Below are positions 33,301 to 48,100 of a DNA stretch of 64,000 nt, one piece after another. The notes under the pieces are model-generated. The model was not told where the DNA came from. It did not search any database and saw only the letters and a list, made by a program, of their open reading frames with translations. Within the stretch, counting starts at the first letter, position 1; each line of letters starts with the position of its first letter. Location: assembly GCF_052425735.1 (NCBI RefSeq), contig NC_135761.1, forward strand, positions 2,108,001 through 2,172,000. The letters are read 5' to 3'. This DNA is from Oculina patagonica (lineage: Eukaryota). A program made the translations under genes and the position numbers.

Positions 33301-35044
33301 GGCAGAGATTATGTGGCTTACGATTTATTTTCAAACAAAGAAGTAATGATTTCCACACTCTATATATAATTGGCTTTGTGATTTTAAAACCAAAATTAAC
33401 TTGATCGCAAGGAAATTAATAAACTCAAACGATCCGTGATCCCGTTGCTTAAAGTTATTTGCTATATTTGGCCATAAGTGCGTTTTGCTGAGAAACGTCA
33501 AACGAGATTAGCAATGACTTTTTATTGCACTGTCACAAAATATTGTGGAAGTTTCGACACTCAGATTAGTCAGTTATCGCACTTAAGTTAAAACTGCGGC
33601 TTTCAAATGCCTACTTCGTGTTTTTAATGATCATGCAAATGAAGTGAATTTTACAGAGAGGGATCTGAAAAAATTCGTTAGTCTTTTAAAAAACGTACGG
33701 TTTTACAACTGGAAAAGTCGCGAAAATTGTAATGGCAATAATTTCTGACACACTGATGTCTGCTAGATTCAAATCAGTATCATTTCTACAAGTGAGAGAG
33801 GGAAGGAAGACGTTTATTTAGGAACAGGTAGCACCAAGAATATGCAACCAGTTGTGTGTGTTCTCTTGCATGTCATTAATTCGTAACGAGTTTCAAGATC
33901 ATTGTATAGCGGCGTACGATTCGAAGCCTTTATGTTTCTAAGCTGTTCAAATTACAAAATGTCGTTGAAAAAGTGAGCTTGGACGCTTGAGATTCCTGGA
34001 GAGTAGCTTAGAATACGCACGTTTGTCAAGGTTTGTATGGTATTTTGTTTTTGTCTACAAGCATTTGGCTGATCGGCGGAAAACGTCCGAAAAATGAAAT
34101 TTTATGGCCTTTGTTACAACGTATATTATTTCGCGATTACGCAAACGTAGCTAAAAATTCTGTATTTTAGAGAATTAGCTCGACTGCAAGTGTGTTTTAA
34201 CATAAGCGCAGTCTTTGCTAAGCCTCTTGCAGCCCTTCAACGTATCACAGCCCTGTAATCCAACTAAGTTAGTATAGCGATTGACGTTATCCCACCCGCA
34301 TAAAAGACGACTTAAATTTAATAACTGCTGCAACAATCAGAATAGAAGTCCCTTGATCTCGGCGAAGCATTTATATATTACTGTTTTGCTCTGCGTTCAG
34401 CTTGAGGTGTCGTTTAAGGTTAAACATTTCAGCAAAGGAATGCACCATTTTGTATTTAAAATTTACCTAGTCCCGATCAAATCACAGTCAAAAAGATCAG
34501 TTAAAAGCATTCCTGCAGTTCAAAACTTTATTAAATAGTCTTCTAACTTTAGTATCTGAGATATGTTCTATAGTCTGGTGTGGAGATGTCTGGATAGTTG
34601 TTTATTCGCGGACGAGTGATTTTCGCTGTTCTTGTTTGAACCGCTTCAGTTGTCACTATTCAAACATGAATGGACTCCTCGGGCGAGACGTCTAAGTACG
34701 GAATGTGATCTGAATTCGGCCCTAATCCGCCCATCTTTGAAAAGTTATCCCATCCGTCCATTAACATTTTTCAATTTTTGTTTTAAATAAAGAAAATTAA
34801 CTGACACAGGGCTTTCACACCTCGTGAAAAAAACATTTTCTTTTAGTACCAATTAGCTATAGTGAATCAAAGTTACGGCGGATTGAGGTGAAGTGTGTGA
34901 TCGCTGAAAGAGTTCAGGCAATGAATGGTTTGTATTATACACCAGATTTGATATTAGTTAAACTAATTTAAACTAACTTACTACTTTACGTGAACAGAAA
35001 ATAAAGGTGTTAGAGAACGAAAGCAGAGGACTGAGTAAAAGATA

Positions 35045-36193
35045 ATGGGCCTCGCGTGGGTCCTACTACTGTTGACAATTTTACCATGGATCGCCAGAAC
35101 AAAAGGTAAAATACAACTAAAATAACTTCACAGAATCGATCGTATTTTATATTTCTTCGGCCAAGGCAATGTGTGAGTCCTTTCATCTTTTATTTCAAGG
35201 TCTGTTACAAGCAATAACATTTTTTCTTTCTTTTTCGCTTGCTTTCTTTGACAGAGTTACACAAAGTGCCAGAGTTACACCACATAGGATGTTATAAAGA
35301 TAGCTTTCCGCGGGATCTCCCGCAACGGGTCCATGCGCGGGAATTAAACGCTAACGTATGCGTCCAAAAGTGCAAAGAACTAGAATTTAAATACGCTGGA
35401 CTACAATTTTCTTATCTTTGTTTTTGTGGAAACACTTACGGAAGATACGGCGAACTTCCAGATGCCTTGTGCTCCAGCAAGTGTACGAACAAAAGAGATT
35501 CATTTTGTGGCGGCCACTGGAGTAATTCAATTTACCAGACGGGTGAGTATAGATGGATTTTAAAAGCTCTAGGTCTATAATTATACGCTATCTGTACAAT
35601 ATGTAATCAGCGAGCAGTGTGTGAAACGCGAATTGAAAAATATGTGCAACGAAGAAAGGATTTCGTACTCCTTACAAATGTAATTTGTGGGAGGCGCGAT
35701 GGCCTAATCAAAAGCGCGCGTCGTTGGGCCGCCAGAGAAACTCAATGGGAGCTAGCCGATTTTAAATGCTTACCAGGGCCATCGGTAGCAATGTATTTCA
35801 AGCTGCTTCATTTGAAATTCGGGAATATGCTCCGATAGCGATCCAGCGGTAGCTAGGCCCAACTGTAGTCACGGTCTTTACCAACAAATTGAATCCCAAC
35901 AAATTGAATCCCGTTGAAGCCCTGAATTTTTTTTTCAGGCTTCTTTATTTCAATTGCTTAAATTGGAAATTCACTGCGATGATCATTTATCACTTTCATA
36001 TCCATCCGCAGTTCATATATGAATTATTTCATATACATTACATCAAATATGGTTCAGTTTGAATTTACCACTGTTTTTTGTTATGCAGGATACAACCCGG
36101 AATCAAATAAAGGGACGGGCAAATCCCACAAACAAGTCAAACGAGATGAAGTGGTTTTGTTTGATAATGTTAAAGAGTACAGTCGTAAACCAG
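35045..36193 (+). CDS. Mosaic gene exons 1-3: signal peptide (35045-35105), WSC domain (35255-35542), linker (36089-36193)
   Basis: [14 protein letters not shown]...[14 protein letters not shown]...[10 protein letters not shown]; linker contains VKR-D. Confidence 0.88.
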
Positions 36194-39100
36194 GTAATAG
36201 TTATTATACTAGAATGACATATCTATCCTAACACCTTTTGCAAAGCCAACATGTGTTCGATGAAGATGAGCCAACAAACAGTCAGGCAGAGCAATTCAAT
36301 TAAATTTCGCGCGGCGGTTCATCAGTTGTCTGGAATCTTTTGCTTTTCCTTGACGACAACAAAGTTGACAAAGAAGGAATCGTTACCCTAAGATGACTGA
36401 ACCCCTTTAATACAGACTACAAATACAAGTTGATTTGAAAATGTAATGCGTAAATTTTTATAAAGATCTAATATACATGAAATTGTAACGAACATAATGT
36501 TTGCTTTTTTTTAAAAATGCACCTAATGGTAACGTTTGTTAATATTGATTCATCTGCAGAAGATCGAACACTCACCATAGACGTTAATCCAGCGGAATAT
36601 TCGTACATCCCGCATCCACAGAAGGAAGCGAACAAAAGGACAGAAAGATCAGCGGTGTACGATACGAACTCTTATTACAACTATCCCGAGAGGGACAATC
36701 ACTACGGGTCAAATCCCGAGAGTTCGAGCACCAGCCCATCTTACGGGACAGCGAACACAGGGTCAAACGGACAAGAGCAACTAGCAAACGCTTATGGTCA
36801 AGATAACTATGACAAGACAAGCGCTAATACAAACAGTTATTATTATAGTTCAACTCCACAAACAGCGGATAACAATACAACATCAAACAGTACCGCTTAC
36901 AATCCATATGATTCATCGCAGCGTGATAATTCATCAACATCTTCGTATAACACTCCTGATGTGTCTCCGTCGACAGAAAGCCAGTCTCAATATGGAGCGC
37001 AATATACAGCCAGTGCTTACTCGGATGCAATTAATGCGACACAAGACACTGCTTATACGGCGCAAAATATACAGAATCAAACCAATTCGTCTAATGTTTC
37101 ATCTGAGTACAGTACATCTCAAATGAATAGCACGGATAATTCATCCAGCTATCTGTCAAATGATACACAGCTTTCCGATCAACAGTCAGCGGGATACACG
37201 TACTCAGAGCAGGCGCTGGCGCCAGCTCAGACGCCTTCTTCAGCCCCAGTACCATATCCAGCTTACGCACCATACCAGGCACCTTATCCGTCACCTTACC
37301 CGGCACCTTATCCGTCACCGTACCCAGCACCTTCTTATGCACCATATCCTGCTCCATACCCGGCCTATGCACCATATTCGTATCCATCTCCTGCACCCTA
37401 TTCCCCTTACCCAGCCCCTGCTCCTGCACCTGCCGTAGAGGAAAACAAAAATAGTAAGTAAAAAGAAAGATTTTTTACACGTTTTTTTTACACGCAGAAG
37501 CACCTACTTAAATTTTTTTCACCTGCATGTATTCCATAGGCCATATGCAAGTTGCCCAAAGTTAACCCCCGAGCTTCGTATTCACGACATTTTCCTTAAT
37601 CCTCTAGTAACTTCATACTCTTTTCGAATGGGTATTATTTTTATCTTCGCTGCTTTGGGAATTCGTTCATTATAAAATTAACTAGTTTGCATTTCGGGAA
37701 GCGAAGCTTGGGAGGAGGGGGGTGGGGATAAGCTCTCTGACGTAGCTATGCATAAGGCCTATTATTAGGCCTATTATTAGACCTAATTCTCGAAATTCTT
37801 GATTGGCTATTTTATTGAATTGTATACAATTCTCTTCTTTTCTTTGAAACATTAATAAGCTCGTCTCGATATTTTTAGTCCCTACTACTCATGTCAAACG
37901 GTGTTAAAATTAAAGAAGACATAATATACCTAACATTTGAAAAAAATGGAATAACTGCCACTATAGGTTTTATAATAAACTTTACCTTTACGAATTCTTG
38001 CAGAAACATCATGTGAACTAGAGCGACAAATGGCAAAGACAATGGATGATGCTTTTGTCCCTGAATGCAAACAAGATGGCAGCTATACCGATGTGCAATG
38101 CTTTGAGCACGAATCATTTGCCAAGCAATGTTGGTGTGTGACCAGCGATGGCCAGGAAATACAAGGAACCCGGATGTCAGACGGACAGACACCCAACTGT
38201 ACCGCGATTGTCAGTGACAAGGAGAAACATCACAAGGAACCAGTTAAACCGGAACATCAGGATAAACCAGTTGAACCGGAACATCACGATGAACCAGTTG
38301 AACAGGCGAAACCACAAGAGGAATCGCCGGCTCAGAATCAGACAACGATGGAAGTTGAATTGCAAATATTTAAAAATGACACAGGTAGGCTTGTGAAAAG
38401 ATGGATTACATTTTTTCTAACTGACGAAGTATTGAACGTAGGCGAGTTATCTAGACCAACTGACTGCGTTATGAACAATTACATTTCTCATTTTTGGTTT
38501 CTAACGAATTTTAGAGTTTTTCGCCCAACTATCAACCCGTTACTTTGAGCTTGTAGTATAAATAATTGTTAAATAGCTACAAATAGATCGTGTTAAGGAG
38601 GTTTAACAGAGAAAAAGTGCAGTCAGCGTGGTATGTCATACTTTTTTTTTCTTGAATTACCACTACAGAAAAGCCGAAAACCCAATGTCAAAAAGAAAGA
38701 GACATTGCTCTTTCTCCATTTATCACGGACATCTTTGTGCCCTTGTGCGACGCGGAGGGAAAGTTTGTTCCTCTTCAGTGTTTTGAACATGACGTTTACG
38801 GCAAACAATGCTGGTGCGTGGATTCATCAGGCCAGGAAATCAAAGGAACAAGATTGGACAATGGTACAACCCCAGAATGTGGTGAGTGTAGCATGCCGGT
38901 AATAATTGTCCAGCTTTCTGCACACATTGCAGACCTATGATGCGTGATGTTCTTACTAGCTACAATTCTACACTAACGTTAATGACTCTTAACTTTCACC
39001 AAAGATAATATCATTTCAGCCGTTTTTAATTTAGTTGCATATCGTTGCCAACACCGTGAAATTCAGCCACGATTGCATAGTCATAAATGGTTCTTCAGGT

Positions 39101-42100
39101 ATTTCTTTGTACAATAGAGAATGTGTTGGCATTTTCAAGACAGATTTCTTTAGAAAGATTTGATCTGGTATCTGCATTCCTTCAAGAAGATTGCGTTAAG
39201 CATTTTGAATGGTGGGTTTAACGTTAGCAAACAGCTTTTTGGCTAGAGGTCAAAATGAACCGAATAAACTTATAAATTAACAATTTGCAAGTAGCTCGGT
39301 TCTTCTGAAATACTCTAAAGTTAGTCCAACAGAATGCGTTATCGCTAATATTGTTACTGTGTTTACCACTATCATCTTGGTGTTTTTTTTTTTACAGGTG
39401 TAGTTCACGCAGACGCCACAAATGTGCCAAGCTGCAATCTGGGTCCTTATGGCTGTTGCCATGACAATGCAACTTTCGCTAAGGGGCCGGATATGGAGGG
39501 CTGCCCTCCACGGGACAACCAGCATCCAGTACCTTTAGCTTCCGCCGTGGCACCACAGGCGCTAACTCAGTGCCAAAGAGATCAGAAGCAAGCGAAAAGT
39601 TCCGGAGCAGCGGACATATTTGTACCCGAGTGTGAACCATCTGGTCTTTATAAAGAGGTGCAGTGTTATAACTACCCAGCCAGTGGAAAAACAGACTGCT
39701 GGTGTGTCAATCAAAACAATGGCAGCGAGATTACTGGAACGAGGGTCAATACACTGACACCGAACTGTAGAGGTACATATGTTTGTATTTTAATTTATTG
39801 CTTGTTTGTTTCTTTGTTTTCGACCTTGAAATATACCGCCACCCTTATTGATTTTAGCAGTTCAGTGGAACTAAATAACTGTCCGTCTGCGAATTTGTAG
39901 AGCTTTATAGCTTAGGTAGATCTCTTTTATTTGATAGCCGATTTTATAACACTAATCCGTAATTAAAAGTACATGTAGGCCAACCCATAGTAACATTACA
40001 TATGAATACCATCAATTCTACCCGATGTTAATATCCCATGGAAAACGGACAAGCATAAATTAACCATTTCACAAAATGTTAACATCTGTGATTTTCTGTC
40101 AATATCTACAGCAAATGCCACAAGTGCACCATCTCAAACTCCTCCCACCCCACCACCCACCCCTGAAGCTACCACTCAACCTACACCACCACCCATGTAT
40201 CACGTGTACTGTCAAGTTACTTTATATGGATGTTGCCCTGACAACCGAACAGCGGCCGCTGGACCGAACCAACACGGATGTGCACAACCGCAACCACAGC
40301 CGCAACCACAGCCGCAACCTCAGCCTCAACCACAGCCACAGCCAAAACCAACAAAACCAATCACTCCGACGTTTCCTGTGGGTACGTTCAAAGATTTGAT
40401 TATGTGAAACATTTTAAAACTGCCTTTAATTAATTAAATCCATGTTTGTGTGCGCCTTTCAGTGAATCAAGCCACAAGTTTGCGTTAACCAAGCAGAGTT
40501 TTCATCCTTTGAGACTCGTATTTATCACTTTCTCTCACTTGTCGTTTGATTTTTGTGTGTTTTAACTGAAGTAATCGATCTGGAATTTTTTTTATCACAT
40601 GGGGAATTTCTGTGTTATACTTATGAACATTTTCAGGGAACATTAACTTAGTTTAGCAATCGATAAGGAAAGTTTGGTTGAAAAAGACCAGCGTTATTTT
40701 TAAGGGTTCAATGTTCCTTCAGTTTCAATTCCCTTTAATATGAACGTATGGTGTGACTGTTGCGTCTCATTTGTAGTTTTCCCGCACGTGTTTACTCATT
40801 AAATTTCTCCTCAAGTTATTTTTTTACCCAAAAGGCCCTTTGATGCATACACATATCAAATATTGTCCAAGGCATACTCCAATGTTTTATTTATTTTCAC
40901 TGTGCGTTTTGTCCACATGATAGCCTTCACCAAAGACGCTTGTGTCTCATTGTTGCTGGGCCAAGTATGGTACGAGCAGTTAACAGACAAATCATTGCTC
41001 TATCTCAAACAACTCAACAAAGAGATCGTAACAGGGGTAAGACAAAATATATGTTACTTTAATAATGCTTTAGAGAGTTTTTTAGCGACTGAATTAAGTG
41101 ACGCTAGAAACATTCCAAGCAAATAATCACAACACAGAGCTAGTATGAAAAGCGCGGGAATTATTTGCTGAATCAAACCACGATTTGCTCCACGTGATTA
41201 ACATGTGATTGTCTGTTAGAAAAATGTCGATCTTCTTGCTGATTGGTTGGAACATGCCGTATACGGGTTTTCTTCACCAGTCACAAGGCCCGTCACTCGG
41301 CAAACCAAAGCAAATACAATAATATATTTTGAAACTTTCAAAAAGCTGCTATACGAAATAAAGTGACCAAAGAAGGCGTTTACGGCTGAAAATTATGTGG
41401 TGGATTTTCTAGGCAGCTTACGGATAAATATGATACAAAGATGCCGAAAAACTTTGTATCTTCCAAAAGGTATATAAAGATTTTCAAAAGAGTTCTTAAA
41501 ATTAAAATAAGTTGGTGTTACAGTTTTGATTGCTTTAGTTTAATTTCTTATTTATTCGTTCATTTTTAGATTGTAGGAATTTACAAAGGAGTTCACCCCG
41601 ATTTTGTGTCAACTCGACTTACTGGTATCAGGTACGTAAAACTGCTCTTCTTTTCCTAACCGCCGGATTTCCATCCATAACGGTGAAATATTAAAATAGT
41701 TCTAAGATTTTATGTTATTGGCGATCAATTGCATTATCACAACCTGCTTGCTGGAGTTAAATTGCCATTTTAAGAATGAGTTAGATGTTTGATGGTGGTC
41801 AACAACCTCTATTTACGCTGCTCTCCGAAAGATAATACTTTTTTTTGTTTTCAGGAAAACGAAGAATCCCTACATGGCCAATGCCCCTTATATCATTGAA
41901 CTGTTCTTGGTGATATCTTTCCGTAAACCTGTAGCGGATCCACTTGCCACGCTAAGAGATCATCTGGTGTCCAAGAAAACGATAAATAAACGTCAAGTCA
42001 TCCCACAGTCACTGCATATGATAGGTAACTAGTTAAACTTTTTACGAATTTAATTTGTAATTTAACCTTGGAAATATTTAGAACTGCGCGCATCAAGTAA

Positions 42101-45100
42101 AAAGGCGAACAGTTAATCAGGACACTCTATATTTCAAACGGAGGCAGATAGCCCGATTTGGGGTTTGCGGGAGGTCTCAGTATGAACGTGACGGAGGCGC
42201 TTGTCCGAAATTTGAAAAGGAACCTTTAAGGACCAGAAGCCGTAAATTTTGAGCGTGGTTAAAGTTCATTTTCACCCCTAAAACATACCGAAAGGTTAGC
42301 TTGAACACTTTCAGCTTCAGCTACTAATCTTAGCTTAGTTGAACCACTAAGATCATAAACAATAGGCTTGCTAGTAATGGCCTCTACATGTGCCTATAGC
42401 ACCGTGATAAATTTTGAAAGTTGAAGTCGAACATTCTAAGGTGGTAAGATCTCTATACCATAGTCGGTTTTGTTATACAGCCCTTAACCATTTTTCGTTT
42501 GCTTTCAGTTCCTTATGATGCAAAATCCAAGTGTCCACCGAAAGGTTACAAGCCTCGTCCAGTTCCCAAGCCACATCCTGTCCCAGTGAAGCCTGCGCCA
42601 CATCCCGCACCTATCAAGCCATCTGTGAAGCCACCGGCAGTCAAACCAGCTGTGCCGAAACCCTCGCCAGCTCCACAGCCGGTCCACCCACCCGTCCAAC
42701 CTACAAAGCCACAGGTTGGTCCGCCTGTGGCATCTCTCCTAGCTCTGCACATACCTTTTGATCGACACTCGGGCCTTTTCGTTCTGGATACCTCCAACAG
42801 ATCAAACAACGGGAAAATAAACAACGTAGATGTAACGCCATTGCCACAAGCGTGTGGTTTGGTGGGTATATTTTCTAACGGCAACGTGTCCTTCAACGGA
42901 AGGAAATTCTTTCCAAAGCCGAGTGTCGCTGTTACGATCGCTATGTGGGTGAAACTGACCTCGACAGCAGGCAGACAATCGCTTTTCGACGCTATCGCTG
43001 CAGAATCTCCCAAGAAGCAAGGAAATTATCACTTTGAGGTCGTCGATGGAAGAGTGAGGTGGTTAACGCGTGATTTGGACGGCAATGAGGTGTTTAACGT
43101 CATCACAAATCAGGTGGTGGTCCCTCCCAACCAGTGGACGCATCTTGTCGGCACGTATGATAAGCAGCAAGGTCAGTTTAAGTTTTACTTACGGCGCCAG
43201 TCCCAACCTATATAGAGCTATAAACCAATCAGAACCTACAACGTGTTACCCATAGCGAGGGCGGGTAAAGTTGTGTGTATCCAGTTTAGCCCTGAATCTG
43301 ATTGGCAGAAAAGAAAAATACCTTTGATTTTATTAGCTGGATCAAGTCGTATTCTTTCTTTCTTTAAAATCAGTAAAAGCAGTTGTCGACAAACTCAAAA
43401 CCAAAACCCTAAACGAGAAAAAAAGCTGTTCTAATGTAAGGAGAGTGCTATTATTGCTTTTTAAAGGGCTCAGTTCCAAAGCCATTCCTTTACTTACCAA
43501 GGCCTGTTTTTAAACCACATTAAAACACAATAGAAACACTCAACAACTCTGAAATAAAATTTCTAACCTATTGTTTTTTTACTCCAAACAATTGTCTCTA
43601 ATTTAATTTGCCACCTAAGTGAAACAGCAAAGCCTTAGGTACTTCTCCAGTTTACAATGATATATACTACTTATTAACCGAGAGTGAGGTCATTACAGGG
43701 GAACTCAGACCGAGGCCTTGATGTATTGACCGAGCGACAGCGAGGCCTCAAGCCGAGTAGATTCCCTGTATGACCGAAGGACGAGGTTAATAAGTTTTTT
43801 TATATGGCCTTTAAGCACTATTCAAAAGAAGAGTATAATCAAGGGAAAAAACACTGGAGGTAAACTCGCCCGCTCTCTGTGGTTCTCTTCGTCGCTCATA
43901 CTAAAGAAGTATGGTATGTTATATTTTCCAGTTATTGAAAAGATTACGTTATATTTTGTCGGCATTTTTTGTTGTTTTCCCTCTCGCTAGTAGCTTTTAC
44001 TCACAACTCAAAAAACCGTCGAGCCGAGAAAAATTTTCATAATGCCCGGTCATTACAAGAAAATAATGCCCGCTCAGCAGCCAATCAGAGCGCGCGTACT
44101 ATTGTAGCCATATAATAATGTAGAATAATCACCTAACTGGGTAATCTGTCACAATATTGTTCGTTTCTTTATTTTATCATCAACAGGGATTGCCAAAATA
44201 TATGTGAATACACAGCTAGCAGGCCAAGGTAACGGCGCGGGATACCTGGCACAGGACTGGGGCGAGAGAGCGGGCATAGGAAGTCACAAAGGCAAAAGAT
44301 TCCTGGTGGGAGCAGTGGACGAAGTGTATATCTACACATCAGCTTTGACGCAAAGTCAAATCAGGGAACTGGCTTGTGTGTGCGAAGACAGCAAAGGTAA
44401 TTTAATCATTATCCGTTCAGTAACAAGTAACTAAGAGAGGAGTCATCCTTTTCCCGCCAAAAATTATGTGCCCCGTGTCACCACGGCTTGCGGTTTCCCA
44501 AATGAGCAATAACCAAAATGGCGGCAATGGCGACATGGAACGCGAGGTAACATTCAGTTTTATTTCAGTTTTCTTGTCGTTTCTTTGAAAAGTTCTTTTT
44601 GAAATGCGATCGGAAGCTCTTTTAGTGAATAACTTACCAGTCTAAAGGCAAAACAAATCGAATTCTACGAATTGAGACTGGTTTAATCGTGAGTAGCTTT
44701 TAGGCTTAGAAAAAGACGCGATTATTTTTTCTTGATTACATGCACAAATGGAACGTACCTGGAATTGATGTTTCCCTGTGCGATGGCGTTGTCTGACAGC
44801 GTAGAAAGAGAAAATCGAAGAGAACAAGAATTCGAAGCCGATTTAGTCCATCTCATTTACATTTGTTAAAACGCTTTGGGAACGAGGCAACAATAGGCGC
44901 TTTGACAATGAGATGCAAAAGAAAATGATCTCGGTATTTTAATATTTGAAGTTTGAACCTCGGAAATTTGCAGATGACTCTCGGATAATCGTGGAGAGTT
45001 GGTAAGATGCGTTATTGAATTTAGGATTAGTGAAATGTGAGGTTATCTCTTAGGGAAAAGAATACTTAAATTTTGTTTTTTGTTTGTTTGTTTGTTTTTA

Positions 45101-48100
45101 CTGATTGATTGAATTGTTTTTGTTTTTTCTTATTTTAAGGTGTGCACACTCCCAAGCCAGGATCATGGCCAGAATGTATGCGAGGGAATAATGGGACAAT
45201 AGCAACTAGCAAACCAAATCCGCCATGTGTACCTTGTGTTATTCCCCCGCAGTGTCCAGTTCCACAACCATGTCCAGCACAGTGCCCCGCACCATGCCCT
45301 CCTGTGGCACCGACGACACCGCCAACAGCTGCGCCACCGCCTGCTCCTACTCCAGCTACAACAACCACTCAGCCACCTCCCCCCCCCCTGTTACCTCAAA
45401 ACCTCCTCCTCCAGTAACGCAACCAAAGCCGCCTGCTACAACAAAACCCCCAGCACCAACAAAGAAGCCAGTTCCGGTTACCCCTGCTTTGAAAACAACA
45501 AAGAAACCAAAAGTAGTAGTGACGACAAAACCCATCAATACAACTCCCAAGCCTCCTCCAGTGTTTACAAGTGAGTTAAGAAAATTAATGTTTATATTTT
45601 TTTAGCCAATCTGTTCAAGTAAAAATTACTTTTGATCTTTTCATGCCTTATACCGGGTGTATGTTGGGTACATGTTGCATGTCAATTATTATCTATATAA
45701 CTCAAACGAAATCACTTTCTTGGCACTTTGCTAAAAACAGTTTTTATTCGCATGACACTAAACCTGTTTTTACATTTACTCTTTTTCTTCCAGCTCCAAA
45801 GCCACCTGGTAAGTATGTAGTTTAATATCAGTTATCTGATCAGTATCTTCAATGAATGCTTAATGCTTACCAATCCTCTCCCTGCTAATGCTACTAATGC
45901 ATTGCCTTATTTGCAAGAGAATTGACAGAGCCAATTTTAACCTCTTATTAAAAGCCCTCTTTCTTGATAAATTTTATCAAGAAATTGACAAAATCAAAAA
46001 GCCCTTAAAAGCCTTAGTTATCAAAAGGAAAGCAATTTAATCTTTATTTTTAAAAAGCACAATGTTCAAAAATAAGCACACAAGTATTGCAAATAGAACA
46101 GAAACAAAACTATGGAAAACAAAATTATTAAATATTAACTGTTTTAGTTAAAAGCAATCACATTTGATTGGGGTTCTGCATCACAGTCACTATTTGACTT
46201 TTTTTTAAAAAAAGATGGTGTTGTCAGTGATAATTTTTATTCACCATGGTAACTAAAACAATCTAGAAAAAATCCCACCTGTGAAATTGGCGTAAGTATT
46301 AAAGAGATAATATTATGTGATGAAAAATAAAATCAAAATCACTGCAACCTTTGCTATCATAATACTGTCCTTGTATGTACAGTCAAGATGTCTTATCATT
46401 CCTTCGGATGTCCTGCGACTTGTAAAACTTCAATTCTTTTAATGTGTTTATTACTAGTAAACGGGAACTACACCTCCTGGAGTGCATGGAAGGAGTGTTC
46501 AGCTACTTGTGGTGGCGGAATTCAGGAGAGGTCAAGGACCTGTACTAATCCAAAGCCACAGAATGGAGGAAAGGATTGTGCTCTACTAGGCCCAGCTGCC
46601 GAAACACAGAGCTGTAACTCACAACCATGCCCAAGTAAGTTTTCCAGCAATCAAATAAGGAAACACAAATATTAAAAAAAAAAAAAATTTGTACACTGCT
46701 AACACAAAGTCAACTGACAAACCAGTCCAGATATTAACTACCTTATTCTCACTAAATTTTGTGAAAAATCAATAGCCATATTTTGCGAGTATTAAATTTT
46801 GCGATTTTTTCAATTCTTTAATATGTAGCTTTGACCTCTTATATTTCGCGAGTAAATCGCGAAAATCATGAAATTTAGTACTTGCAAAATTAAGTGAGAA
46901 TAAGGTACTGTAGATGTATTATGAAAAAACTTTGTTTGTACTGTGCACTAAAACAACATTTTGGTTCATTGCTACCTTTATTTAAGTGCCTTTGAAGTAA
47001 AAAAAATAATTGCTGCTTATTTTAATAGGCTTTTTAAATTAAAGAAGAATCATGGCATTTTCCTTTTTGAAATATCTTCTTTCGTTTTAGAGATAAAATG
47101 CAAATGAGAAAAGTGATAATGACATTAATTGTTCCACAAAAATGATAGAGCACTGAACCAAGCATTTATTTTTACTTCATAGGCACTTTTTAAAGTACTT
47201 GTACTTAAATGCCATTAATATTGCCTTGGGTCCATCATTATCCATCAAAATTGGCTTTTGATTATTAAGTTTTTTCCTACAGAGTTTTTAAAGTTTGTGA
47301 TTCATAAAAATATTCAATATAAATAAACATGACTGAGTGAAGTTGAATAGCAGAATAGTTAAGCATTTGGCTCCACAATGTTTGGACTGATTATCACGGT
47401 CTGGAACAGCTGTTATATTAACTGCTGTTCTATTAATGTCATTGCATGTAATGGTAGATTGCATACATCCAGAACATTGCTAATGTACCACTGTCAACCT
47501 TTTCTATTTCAGTTGATGGTGGCTTCAACAACTGGGGTGTGTTCACCCCGTGTAGTGCGACCTGTGGGGGAGGAGTTCAGTCCCGGACTAGGATATGTAG
47601 TAACCCTGCACCACAGTACAATGGAAAAGACTGCATAGGGCCAGTTAATGAAACAAGGGCCTGCAATACCTTTTACTGCCCAAGTAAGTTTACACTGCAA
47701 GTTTACAAAGATCGAAAAAAAAAAAAAAAAAAAAAAAGATCGTCATCATCGATCCCTTCTTTCCTCATGGAGAATGACCCCATTGATCCTCCTTCTCCGA
47801 GTCACCTTGTCTCTGGCTGCAACCTCTGCCTCCCTTCATGTCCCAGGGCTGAAAGTAACAGTCCATCCTCCAATATTGGCCTACCAAAATTTGCTCATGT
47901 CCTACAAAATCCCAAGTGTACATGTGGTCGGACATGATATTCGGACAATTTTTTGATCGTAAATCATTTTACAGCAATAATGAATAATAATAAGTAACAG
48001 AAGTGCAAAGAGATTGCTAGGTAAGTGATCAGTTATTTTAAGAAAATAAGATTCAACCTTTTGTTTTTGATGATGTCCAACCACAATTTTATTTTGTCCA

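Noticed and set aside
32640-35000. Upstream non-coding exons of the giant gene (donor GGTAAGT at about 32811, acceptor at about 34998)
   Set aside because: Plausible but cannot be delimited without transcript data.
43670-44120. Intronic elements with internal hairpins (also about 58955-59285) as ncRNAs
   Set aside because: More likely interspersed repeats; boundaries and class could not be established by eye.
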